A stretch of 64,000 nucleotides of DNA, from positions 192,001-256,000 of the forward strand of contig JANZKC010000002.1 in NCBI GenBank assembly GCA_025061115.1. Reading direction: 5' to 3'. Shown in pieces: positions 9,561 to 18,141 of the stretch. Under the pieces are notes generated by a model. It was not told the DNA's origin, searched no databases, and saw only the letters and a program-made list of their open reading frames with translations. The stretch is from Candidatus Culexmicrobium cathedralense. Its GTDB lineage: Archaea; Thermoproteota; Methanomethylicia; Culexarchaeales; Culexmicrobiaceae. The number at the start of each line of letters is the position of its first letter. Position 1 is the stretch's first letter. The position numbers and the translations under genes were made by a program.

Positions 9561-12203
9561 CTACTTCCTCCTCAAAAAGAAATCCAAGCTAGTTACGCCT
9601 AGAATTTCATCGAAATTAACTCCAATAGCTTCCAACACTTGCCTAAACGTCGTCTCCATATGTCCCAAATACTTAGTAACGTCAATCTCATCAATCCTAG
9701 CAAGCTGGACAGGCTTAACTCCAAGCTCACCTTTAACTTTAACGTAGGATATAATGTCGCCAGCTCCAAGCTTCTTACCATACCGCTCAAGCAGCTGAGC
9801 AGCTTTAACATGCTGCGGAGTAGTCTTAACATAAAGGCTAAGAGGCTTAGAAAGCTTAACCCTAAAAGCAAGCTCGTCAAGAGATAGTCTCCGCTCCCTA
9901 AGCTTTCTATAGCAATTCTGGGCAATAGCCCTGATCTTCTCCTTAGCTTTTTCAAAGTCCTCCTCGGATTTAACTTCACTTAAAACTTTGACAACCTCTA
10001 TAAAGGCAACTTTAAGGAATTCAGGGGTATTCCTCTTCTTTCCAACCAATCCCTTAATGTCGACGGAGCCATCATTAAAAACTCCAAGGTAATTCTTTTT
10101 GAGCCCCGAAAAGGTCACGTACCTATAGACCTTATCAACGTCCAAGTCAATTTTAAACTCCGACTTAGCCCACTTCATCAGATCCTCAATTTGCTTAGGC
10201 GAGGGCTTATAAAGGAAAATGCTGTCCGTATCACCATAAAGAACTTCAACTCCAAGCTCTTTAGCCTTCTCAATAGCCTTAGAAATAACAAACCTACCTA
10301 GAGCAGTAGTGCTTTCGGCAACTGGAGGACAATAGAGCGGAAAAGCCTCATTACCCATAACGCCATAACTAGCATTCAAAATAACCTTCAAGCCCTGCTG
10401 GACAACCGAGTACCAGCTTCTTATAGCGGGATCCAAAGACTTGTCCTTAGACTTAGGCTTAAACCAGTAAACCCTAATGTGGCGAAGCATTCCAATTAAA
10501 GTTGAAGACAACCCTAAGCGCTTCATGCAAACCCAGTGGGGCAGGCCGGGAATTCTATTGGACTTACACTCCTTATGTGGACAATTAATAGTCTCGTAGG
10601 ACAAATTCCACCTATAAAGAACTGAGGGATAAAGACTTGCAAAGTCAAGCACGGTAACGTTAAAGTAAACTCCAGGCCTAGGCTCAATTACAATCGCACC
10701 TAAATACTTCTTACCCTTAATCAGAGCCCTAGTAACGGCTCCACCCTTAACAGCCAAAATATCCTCCCTAGCAGGAATCAAATAGTTTCTCTTCCTATGC
10801 TCATAATAAAGCATGTTTTTAATCCAGCCTGAAACACCCTGACGAGTAACATCTTCCATGGAAAGCTTTGAAATCCTCATCAATAGAATAATCAGCTTCA
10901 AAACCAAGTCGTCATCAAAAGTGGTTAGGGAGAGCGTGATAAAAGCATCTCTAAAGCAATATGACGCAAGCTCATAATAGGATAGCTCCCCAATAAGGCG
11001 ATCTATCGGAATTTTACTTATGCCGAGAAGAGCTGAAGCAATGGCATCCAAGGTGGCATCCTTGTACTTATTGCTAAAAGCATAAACTTGAACAGACCTA
11101 TTAGCAAAAAACCTGTAAAGGTCGATGTGCACGCCAGTAACCACATGCGAAGACTGCCTACTCAAAACTATTGGAACTTCCCTACTTGGAATGCCAAGCT
11201 TCGACGCCCTACGCTTCAAGTACCTCAAATCAAACTTATCGCCATTAAATGTTAAGATAATAGGGTAGAACGCCATCAGCCTAAACGACTCCAAAAGCAA
11301 ACTCTTCTCATCATCAAAGAACACTAGCTCAACATCGCTGGGCAAACTGCTAGGCTTACCGCCAAACTCTAAATCACTCCTCCTAAGCAAAAACACCTTC
11401 TTAAGTCCAGTGGAAGAAGCAAAGGCAATACATATTACTGGGTACTCAGCCTCGGAGGGTTCTGGAATCTTATCCGGCTCAGGCGTATAAACCTCAATGT
11501 CTATAGCTAGCCTAGGAATATCGGGAGCAGGACAGAGAAATAGGGGAAGCCACTCATTCAGCATTTCAATGACTTCATCAGGCTCACCCTCGAAGTGCTT
11601 CAAAACTTCACGCTTAACCTCCTCGGGAACATCATAATGAACGAGCTTCAAGCTTCCATCATCAATTCTATAAAATAGACCTGGAATGAGCTGCCTATCA
11701 TAAATATAGCAGTTATGATATCTTATTCTGGCCTCCCATGCCTTAGGAAGCAGATCCCTAATGCTCTTATGGCCGCCGCCAATTGAAAGCGGGTCCTCAG
11801 CAATGATTTTAGACATCTTGACAATCCTACCGCTCAGAGGATCATACTTCTCAACCACTTCAACACGCCTAAAACCTGGATGCGTAACCACGGGAAGCCT
11901 CTTAACTTTCTCAGGAGGTAAGTCTGAAAGGCAATATGGCTTATGCCCAGTATTATCATACCAAAAGTAAATCTTGTTATTCTCAGGATCATAAAGCTTG
12001 CAGAGAGCCTTACCCTTAGAGCCATCAAATAAAACTGAAAGTAAAATGCAAGGTCCAGTTTTAGTTGGCTGCTCAACTTCAAATGGAATAGCCTCTACAA
12101 CTTCAAGCTCAGCTTCACCAACTTCCTCAACTTCTTCATCTTCAAATTCCAAATTAAGCTTGGACGACCTACGCCGACCTCTACTCATAAGCCTCTCCAC
12201 CAC
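9561..12203 (-). CDS. polB1: Family B DNA polymerase, PolB1 type
   Basis: WYDNTGHKPYC, exonuclease DIEV and FNGDKFD, DFASLYPS, KVILNASYG, YGDTDS, KKNY, KTTPQHVKAA. Confidence 0.95.
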   Translation of the reverse strand: MVERLMSRGRRRSSKLNLEFEDEEVEEVGEAELEVVEAIPFEVEQPTKTGPCILLSVLFDGSKGKALCKLYDPENNKIYFWYDNTGHKPYCLSDLPPEKVKRLPVVTHPGFRRVEVVEKYDPLSGRIVKMSKIIAEDPLSIGGGHKSIRDLLPKAWEARIRYHNCYIYDRQLIPGLFYRIDDGSLKLVHYDVPEEVKREVLKHFEGEPDEVIEMLNEWLPLFLCPAPDIPRLAIDIEVYTPEPDKIPEPSEAEYPVICIAFASSTGLKKVFLLRRSDLEFGGKPSSLPSDVELVFFDDEKSLLLESFRLMAFYPIILTFNGDKFDLRYLKRRASKLGIPSREVPIVLSRQSSHVVTGVHIDLYRFFANRSVQVYAFSNKYKDATLDAIASALLGISKIPIDRLIGELSYYELASYCFRDAFITLSLTTFDDDLVLKLIILLMRISKLSMEDVTRQGVSGWIKNMLYYEHRKRNYLIPAREDILAVKGGAVTRALIKGKKYLGAIVIEPRPGVYFNVTVLDFASLYPSVLYRWNLSYETINCPHKECKSNRIPGLPHWVCMKRLGLSSTLIGMLRHIRVYWFKPKSKDKSLDPAIRSWYSVVQQGLKVILNASYGVMGNEAFPLYCPPVAESTTALGRFVISKAIEKAKELGVEVLYGDTDSIFLYKPSPKQIEDLMKWAKSEFKIDLDVDKVYRYVTFSGLKKNYLGVFNDGSVDIKGLVGKKRNTPEFLKVAFIEVVKVLSEVKSEEDFEKAKEKIRAIAQNCYRKLRERRLSLDELAFRVKLSKPLSLYVKTTPQHVKAAQLLERYGKKLGAGDIISYVKVKGELGVKPVQLARIDEIDVTKYLGHMETTFRQVLEAIGVNFDEILGVTSLDFFLRRK

Positions 12204-12442
12204 TTCTCAAACATCTTCTCCTTCTTGATAGCCTTCTTAAACAGCTTGTAATGCTTCTCGCAAAAATAGATGCGCCTAGCCCTCCTATCCTTAACAGTTA
12301 AATTCAGCTTAGATAAAGCTCTAAGAGCTTCCGAGGCAGAAACCGACCTAACAGCAGCTTCATTACATCCACTAACACTGCACAATTGACCCTTCTTAAC
12401 CCTCCCCAAAGCCCTCGCCCAAATATCAAATAGAACACCCAA
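12185..12442 (-). CDS. Small Zn-binding protein overlapping the polB1 start (probable start at LGRVKKG)
   Basis: CSVSGC...FCEKHY C3H pattern; Lys-rich tail. Confidence 0.7.
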   Translation of the reverse strand: MGVLFDIWARALGRVKKGQLCSVSGCNEAAVRSVSASEALRALSKLNLTVKDRRARRIYFCEKHYKLFKKAIKKEKMFEKWWRGL

Positions 12443-12504
12443 CTATTAAAGTAATTCCAGAAAGCAAAACTACAATTATTAAGTAAGCTTGCTAAAGATA
12501 AGCT

Positions 12505-12581
<77 letters not shown>

Positions 12582-12651
12582 CCACCATCAATTTCATGGC
12601 AATTCATGAACATGAACATCAGATATAAGCATCAAGTATGATATTCAATTA

Positions 12652-13220
12652 ATGGGTTTCAAGTTGGACCCCGAGTTAATAGACATATTTAAGCTATCAC
12701 AGAATGTCAGACACAGAATTCTAATCTATGTTCTTAAGAAGGGGATTTCGTCAACTATGTTAGGCTTTTCATCAAACTACATTAATAGAGTTAAGCGCGG
12801 CGTACTTAGAGTTAGTGACAATTTAGTTAAAGCCTGCCTCAAGCATATAACTCTTGAGGAATACATCCAATTGACAGGAGATAAGCTAGAAACAGCTGAC
12901 GCAGGCACCGTCATTAGAGTTCTAAAATCAGCGCTACATAGTAATTGATTTAGTTGTTAAAGAAGCCGATGAAGAAGTTAGGTTGGCTTCTAGGCAGTAT
13001 AGAGTTACTGAAGACGATATTTAAAAATTTGAGAGAATTTTAGCCCAAAAAGCTAAGTCAACCGCTAAAGCTCACAGAATCTACCTTCATAGAGCTCTCA
13101 ACTCATTAAACTTTACATTAACCCCCGACAAACTAAGCGACTACATCCTAGAGCTAATTGAGAGTAGCGGTAAAGGAGCAGCCAGACATACAGCCAAATC
13201 TCTAAAACTCCTCATCCAGC
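12652..13220 (+). pseudogene. N-terminal half of an archaeal tyrosine integrase (HTH plus core-binding domain), disrupted
   Basis: ORF 12652-12948 continues in another frame as RQYRVTEDDI*KFERILAQKAKSTAKAHRIYLHRAL...LTPDKLSDYILEL...ARHTAKSLKL, with TAA at 13022; no catalytic domain follows. Confidence 0.65.
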
Positions 13221-13314
13221 CAAATACAAAATCCAACTGCATTCCTCGAATTAACTATATTATTAACTAAAACTTATGAACAACACATTCTGAGAAAGAA
13301 AAATTGTTTATAAA

Positions 13315-14646
13315 TTAATATTCTTTAGGTGAAGAATCACTGTAGAGCATTACATTAAAGGATATTTCAGCAGGAATATCAGTGAAAAGAGTCTTCATAT
13401 AGTGCTTCACAAGCATGGGTTCATAGCCTCCTTGTTTATTGGGATCCAGCAACCCTATTGACGAAGGCTCAACTGTAAAGGTAGCATAAGTCATGCTATT
13501 TACTACTTCATGTTTAACTTCCGCAATGCCATCACCTGGATCTGTCTGGTCAAACCATTTAAAGTATGTACCTGATGGAGATGAGTAGCTTACTTCAACT
13601 AGAAGTGTTGGCTTTTGCCCACTAGTACCAGCTGTGACAGAATACGTTATGGTGCTTAATGGTCCACCTACATTCTTGGGGCCCCAATCCCATAAAACTT
13701 GTCCTTCGAAATAACGAGTTTTCCAATCAGTTCTAGTTATAAACACTCCAGGTGGGCGAGAAATACCGAACGGACTATATCCCTTAGCTGAATGAATTAC
13801 ATATGCGTAAAAGAACTTATAGACTGTGCCATCAGTTGCGGTTTGACTACCATAATAATATTCCGCTTTAACCCACATTTCACCAGCAAGCTCACCCAGC
13901 CATCCCCTAGCCTCCGCATTTTTCCAACCAATATACCCCAGAAAATCAAAGCCTTCCATTCTAGTTATGCTATTAGTTGAGAATGCCTTTTTATTCGGTG
14001 TACTTTGAAACAGCATCATACAATCAGCAATGTCGCTGACTAATAGATGGACATTCTCAACCAAAATTATACCATAGGGATTATAAGAGAAGGCAATAAT
14101 TGACGATTTAAAAAGTCTAGAATCAATCTTCAATCCTTCATAGCGCTTGTCTGAAACTCTCTGTTCAGGATCTACAAGGAATATTTTAGGCTTATAATTC
14201 AGTTTACCTAAAGCCTTAAGCCATAGTTCATAACATAGACTAGCATACTCTACATTATTGCCAGTAATTATTATCATTTGAAAACGACCACTCTTATTTA
14301 ATATACTCGATAACAAGCCACTCAACTCATCAATTCTATCCATCACAACAATATCGTTAACATGAGAGACAACAAATAATGGCATACCTGCTCTAACTCT
14401 TCCAGATAACTCTGAGATATTATTAACCACAGCAACCTTTGAACCAATAGCTTGTTCAAGACCTCTAATGTCAATTACAGCACTAGCAGTACCCCCCATT
14501 ATGAAAACATCACCCACAATATTCCTTGAGACTCCCTCCCCTATGGCCGTATTACTAGGAAGCAAAATAACATAGAAAAGCAGGATTATAGGGAATGTCA
14601 ACAACAGCAATTTCCTTTTTGATATACTTCTTTTAAAGCTCATCAA
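13315..14646 (-). CDS. Secreted two-domain protein with beta-rich C-terminal half
   Basis: Basic plus hydrophobic signal peptide; 443-aa ORF; AGGTGA SD. Confidence 0.75.
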   Translation of the reverse strand: MMSFKRSISKRKLLLLTFPIILLFYVILLPSNTAIGEGVSRNIVGDVFIMGGTASAVIDIRGLEQAIGSKVAVVNNISELSGRVRAGMPLFVVSHVNDIVVMDRIDELSGLLSSILNKSGRFQMIIITGNNVEYASLCYELWLKALGKLNYKPKIFLVDPEQRVSDKRYEGLKIDSRLFKSSIIAFSYNPYGIILVENVHLLVSDIADCMMLFQSTPNKKAFSTNSITRMEGFDFLGYIGWKNAEARGWLGELAGEMWVKAEYYYGSQTATDGTVYKFFYAYVIHSAKGYSPFGISRPPGVFITRTDWKTRYFEGQVLWDWGPKNVGGPLSTITYSVTAGTSGQKPTLLVEVSYSSPSGTYFKWFDQTDPGDGIAEVKHEVVNSMTYATFTVEPSSIGLLDPNKQGGYEPMLVKHYMKTLFTDIPAEISFNVMLYSDSSPKEY

Positions 14647-14815
14647 ATTTCACCTATTTTTATTTTAAAGTATATCAAATATTTAAATTCTAATCTAAAA
14701 TACATAAGTAGTACGAATGATGTCTTCTCAAAACATCCTAGAATGTTATGAAGTTAGTTAGGAAATAATCAATCTAAAAGGCCATTTACATAGATTAAGA
14801 AACCTATATATTGTT

Positions 14816-15022
14816 TTGTATTATGTTGAAACATACTATTTTATGGTGAATTTATTGGTTGATGTTAGTTTTGGAGTTAGGGTTAGCGTTTCAATTGATG
14901 AGGAGCTACTGGAGTGGGCTAAAAAACAGGTTGAGACCAGGAAATTTCGAAGTGTAAGTCACGTAGTTGAGTATGCTTTAATGCTTCTTAAAAAGCTGAG
15001 GAGAAATAATACTAAAATTTAG
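14816..15022 (+). CDS. Ribbon-helix-helix (CopG-like) regulator (start probably downstream)
   Basis: VRVSVSIDEELLEWAKKQVETRKFRSVSHVVEYAL. Confidence 0.8.
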   Translation: MYYVETYYFMVNLLVDVSFGVRVSVSIDEELLEWAKKQVETRKFRSVSHVVEYALMLLKKLRRNNTKI

Positions 15023-15246
15023 TTTTCATGAAGTTAGATTTGTGTAGAAAAGAGTTAATATACAAAACTTTAATTTAATTTAGTAGGGAAAAGCCGTTAA
15101 ATTGCAGATGAGAAAAATGCCCAACAATTCTATTGAAAACATTATGAAAGAGTACTCTGAAGCTCTTGTCACGTTTTTGAAACATTTGGCAAGATCATTA
15201 CAATGATCGGTAAGCTTGAGAAGAAAACTGGAAAAATATTGAAGAG

Positions 15247-15471
15247 ATGATGAAGGAGTTTTTAAGGCCTGAAACTCTAGTGGAGCTTTCCAAAAAGGTT
15301 CCTCCAGAGATATTTGGAGAGATGATGTCTTTAATGCTTGAAGTAGCAACTATGAAGTCCAAGGATATTGCTAAACTTACTCCTGAAGAAAAGATAAAGC
15401 TTGGACGTAAATTCCTCAATTTAGCAGAACGATTGAAAAAACTGTTCAAAGAGCTCGAGGAAATTAAATAA
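15247..15471 (+). CDS. Small helical protein, possibly the 3' part of a frameshifted gene starting near 15108
   Basis: 74-aa ORF; coding-like sequence upstream in other frames. Confidence 0.45.
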   Translation: MMKEFLRPETLVELSKKVPPEIFGEMMSLMLEVATMKSKDIAKLTPEEKIKLGRKFLNLAERLKKLFKELEEIK

Positions 15472-15481
15472 GCATAATTAG

Positions 15482-15970
15482 GTGAGAATCTTGCGATCCA
15501 TACAGTTGTCAGAGCGTATCTTTGAAAATACTTATGATCTAATAAGTAAGTCCATAAACTCGGCGCTGACGGATTTATCCAATAAATCACTCATCAATTT
15601 ACAGCAACTCCTAAATCCACTTGAAACAATAATTGATAATTGCTCTCTAAATTGGCTTAGGTTGTTTAGTATTTTAAAAATGGATGTCGAAAGAGTAGTA
15701 AATTATATGGCGCAAAAACAAATAGATCCGAATGCGTTTTTTGACTACTTGATAAATGCTTTCGAACTGCTAGTAAGCAGAAACATCCAAGTTGTATACA
15801 TTCACGTTGATCTCTCTGAAGATGAAGAAGACATTGATTGGAAGGTGATTGATGTAACGATCAAAGTGAAAAGTGAAGATTACGACTCGCTTCTAAGTAT
15901 TTGGATTGAGTTGGCGAGGATGAAGCCTAGAGCGTGGAAGAATGTTTACGTAGGGGTTGAACCCCTTTGA
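15482..15970 (+). CDS. Hypothetical protein, putative HEPN partner/antitoxin
   Basis: Overlaps the HEPN start by 4 nt; acidic beta-hairpin VDLSEDEEDIDWKVIDV. Confidence 0.5.
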   Translation: MRILRSIQLSERIFENTYDLISKSINSALTDLSNKSLINLQQLLNPLETIIDNCSLNWLRLFSILKMDVERVVNYMAQKQIDPNAFFDYLINAFELLVSRNIQVVYIHVDLSEDEEDIDWKVIDVTIKVKSEDYDSLLSIWIELARMKPRAWKNVYVGVEPL

Positions 15971-16389
15971 GTATAGGTTTAGAGGTTGCTGATGATTTTC
16001 TCCTCTTCGCTATAGAAATTAAAGATCAACTAGAAGCTCGCCAAGCTGGGAAATATAAAATTACGTTGACTCAAGGAGTTTTGAGGACTTGCATCAGCAG
16101 AGCATATTATGCAGCTTTTCTATATGCTAGATGTGTAACCGATTTAGAACGGTATAGGCGTCCAATCGGAATTAGAAGTGCTTCAATACATAATAAGGTA
16201 ATAGACCGACTTAAAGAGATGGACATACCAGTTGCCGACATGCTTTATAATCTTAAGAAAGCGAGAGGGAAAGCAGACTATAATATTCGCTCGACAATAA
16301 ATCCTAACAAAGTAATTTAGGCAGTAAAGGTTGCTCTAAAGATAATAGATTACCTTAAAAGAGCTTTCCCAAACAAATTACAGTCATAA
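15967..16389 (+). pseudogene. HEPN domain protein (UPF0332-like) with probable premature TAG at 16318
   Basis: ISRAYYAAF, H and RGKADY motifs; frame stays open for a further amphipathic helix AVKVALKIIDYLKRAF to TAA 16387-16389. Confidence 0.6.
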
Positions 16390-16674
16390 TTAATTTGATC
16401 ATCAATAGAATTATTATTCGATCTTGTTCAGCTTCATGTTGAGCTGATCATTAATTGAGGTCATTAAGTCTAGTGGTTTTTGTACTTGTAGGCTAAAAAA
16501 GGGGTTTTATTGGAAAATTGTGTGGTTGTGTTTTACCAGGTGTAGTTGATCTATTTTTCTTTTAGTTCTTTGATGATCCTGCACATTTCTTCTATTTCTC
16601 TTTCTCTCTTTTCTATTTCTTCTTCTAGGCGTTTTTCTAGTTCTCTTACTTTTCTTCTTCTTCTGTAAATATGG

Positions 16675-17075
16675 TTAGAGCGGGGCTGCCTTCCTATACT
16701 CTTCGACTAGCCTTTCTATGAGGATTGGGTGTTCTAGGTCTTCTATGCCTGCTAGGAAGTAGACTTGATGTATGCCTGCCTTGTGCCCCATCCACGCTTC
16801 TACTACCCATGGATCTACTCCGCTGAGTTTGCACCACGTTGAGAAGTACTTTCTCAAGACGTGAAATCTGCACATGTGCCATTTTCGGTGCTTCATGTTT
16901 TTGCCTACTCTTCGCAGCAGCCTCCTCCACATTGTTCTTAGTGTGTGAGGATCTAGCCTTCTACAGCTCCTGTTTACTATTAAGTGGGATTCATCGGTTA
17001 GTTGCTCTCCTTTCTGCATTCTCTCCTTCAAGTACATTAACGTGAATTTGAGGGCTTCACTTGTGCAGAAAGCAG
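16675..17075 (-). pseudogene. C-terminal catalytic fragment of a tyrosine recombinase/integrase
   Basis: FHVLRKYF (H-x-x-R) and WMGH...Y; N-terminal part missing; coiled-coil tail continues out of frame to about 16555. Confidence 0.85.
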
Positions 17076-17115
17076 ATATTCCACCGATCAACATTACTTC
17101 ATAGTTGAGAAATAA

Positions 17116-18126
17116 ATGAGCCACCTACTAATTACTCTTCCAGGGCTTGAGCAAATAGTCGCACAAGAAGTTAAGAGAAAGGGAGGCATTATTGTCAATT
17201 CAGCCAGAGGCAGAGTACTTGCCTCAAAATTGGTCAGCACAAATCTTAGAACTATAGAGTCAATTGCAGAAGTACTCGTACACTGCAAGATATCAGATAC
17301 AAGTAGGAAAAGTTTGAGGCACTTAATTCGAGAACTACTACGCTCAAGCGAAAAAGTTAGAAATGCCATACCAAGCTCAGCAAAAATAACTGTGAAAAGC
17401 GCAGTCTATTCTAAACCTAAGCCAATAGACTATAAAACTCTAGAAATTATCGCAGCAAGAGAACTAGCTAGAGTATACGAAGTCAAATTGTCGCCAAAAC
17501 ATGGGGGCCTAACTTTAAGAGTTGAAATTTTGAATGAGGAGTTGGTAATAGGGAAGGTGCTAAAATCAAATCTTCATAGAAGAAAATACACTAAGTTTAA
17601 ACACCCAGCAATGATAAATCCGCTAATCGCAGCTGCAACTGCTTACTTAGCAAAATTAAGTAAAAAAGACTTGATATTAGATCCATTTTGCGGATCCGGA
17701 ACTATACCGATTGAAGTCGCTCTCACATTAAATTGTGAAGCACAAGGCTCAGACATCAATTCAAGATACGTTAAAGGCGCATTAAAAAACGCGAAGGAAG
17801 CAAATGCAACGGCTCAAGTTAACTTCTTCACATCAGCCATATCGAAATTAGGAGTAAAAAGAAGGTACACGACAATCATAACAGACCCTCCTAGAGGAAT
17901 GAGACTTCAAGTTGAAGATTTAAGTTCCATCTACAGAGAACTCGCCATGGCAGCGAGGAATGCGCTGGTTGACAGCGGTAAATTGATAGTTGCAGTTTTA
18001 CGAGAAGCAAGGAAAATTTCTTCTCGAAAACTAGGTGAGGTGGGCTTCAAGCTCATTAAAGAACTCAGCATACTTCAAGGAGGAGTAAACGTGTACATTC
18101 AATATTTTGAGAAAGAAAGTAAATAG
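17116..18126 (+). CDS. THUMP-associated tRNA N2-guanine methyltransferase (Trm14/Trm11-like)
   Basis: LHRRKY..HPAMINP, LDPFCGSGTIPIE, TDPP. Confidence 0.8.
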   Translation: MSHLLITLPGLEQIVAQEVKRKGGIIVNSARGRVLASKLVSTNLRTIESIAEVLVHCKISDTSRKSLRHLIRELLRSSEKVRNAIPSSAKITVKSAVYSKPKPIDYKTLEIIAARELARVYEVKLSPKHGGLTLRVEILNEELVIGKVLKSNLHRRKYTKFKHPAMINPLIAAATAYLAKLSKKDLILDPFCGSGTIPIEVALTLNCEAQGSDINSRYVKGALKNAKEANATAQVNFFTSAISKLGVKRRYTTIITDPPRGMRLQVEDLSSIYRELAMAARNALVDSGKLIVAVLREARKISSRKLGEVGFKLIKELSILQGGVNVYIQYFEKESK

Positions 18127-18141
18127 CAAACACTACTAGAA

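Larger units (their letters stand above)
12582..17100. mobile_element. Decayed integrated element/genomic island at the tRNA-Arg(CCG) 3' end (right boundary approximate)
   Basis: AT-richer than flanks, two integrase remnants, RHH and HEPN genes; no att direct repeat found. Confidence 0.65.

Noticed and set aside
9561-12203. Intein in PolB1
   Set aside because: Length and motif spacing are normal, with no insertion at the conserved motifs
16318-16320. Pyrrolysine or programmed readthrough of the HEPN TAG
   Set aside because: No pyl genes in view, TAG is used as a normal stop throughout, and neighbouring genes are decayed
16540-16670. Pyrimidine-rich low-complexity tract as a repeat or terminator
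   Set aside because: It is the antisense of a Glu/Lys/Arg coiled-coil tail of the integrase remnant
12652-17100. Single SSV-type split integrase flanked by attL/attR
   Set aside because: Fragments are on opposite strands, neither overlaps the tRNA, and no copy of the tRNA 3' end is visible near 17 kb
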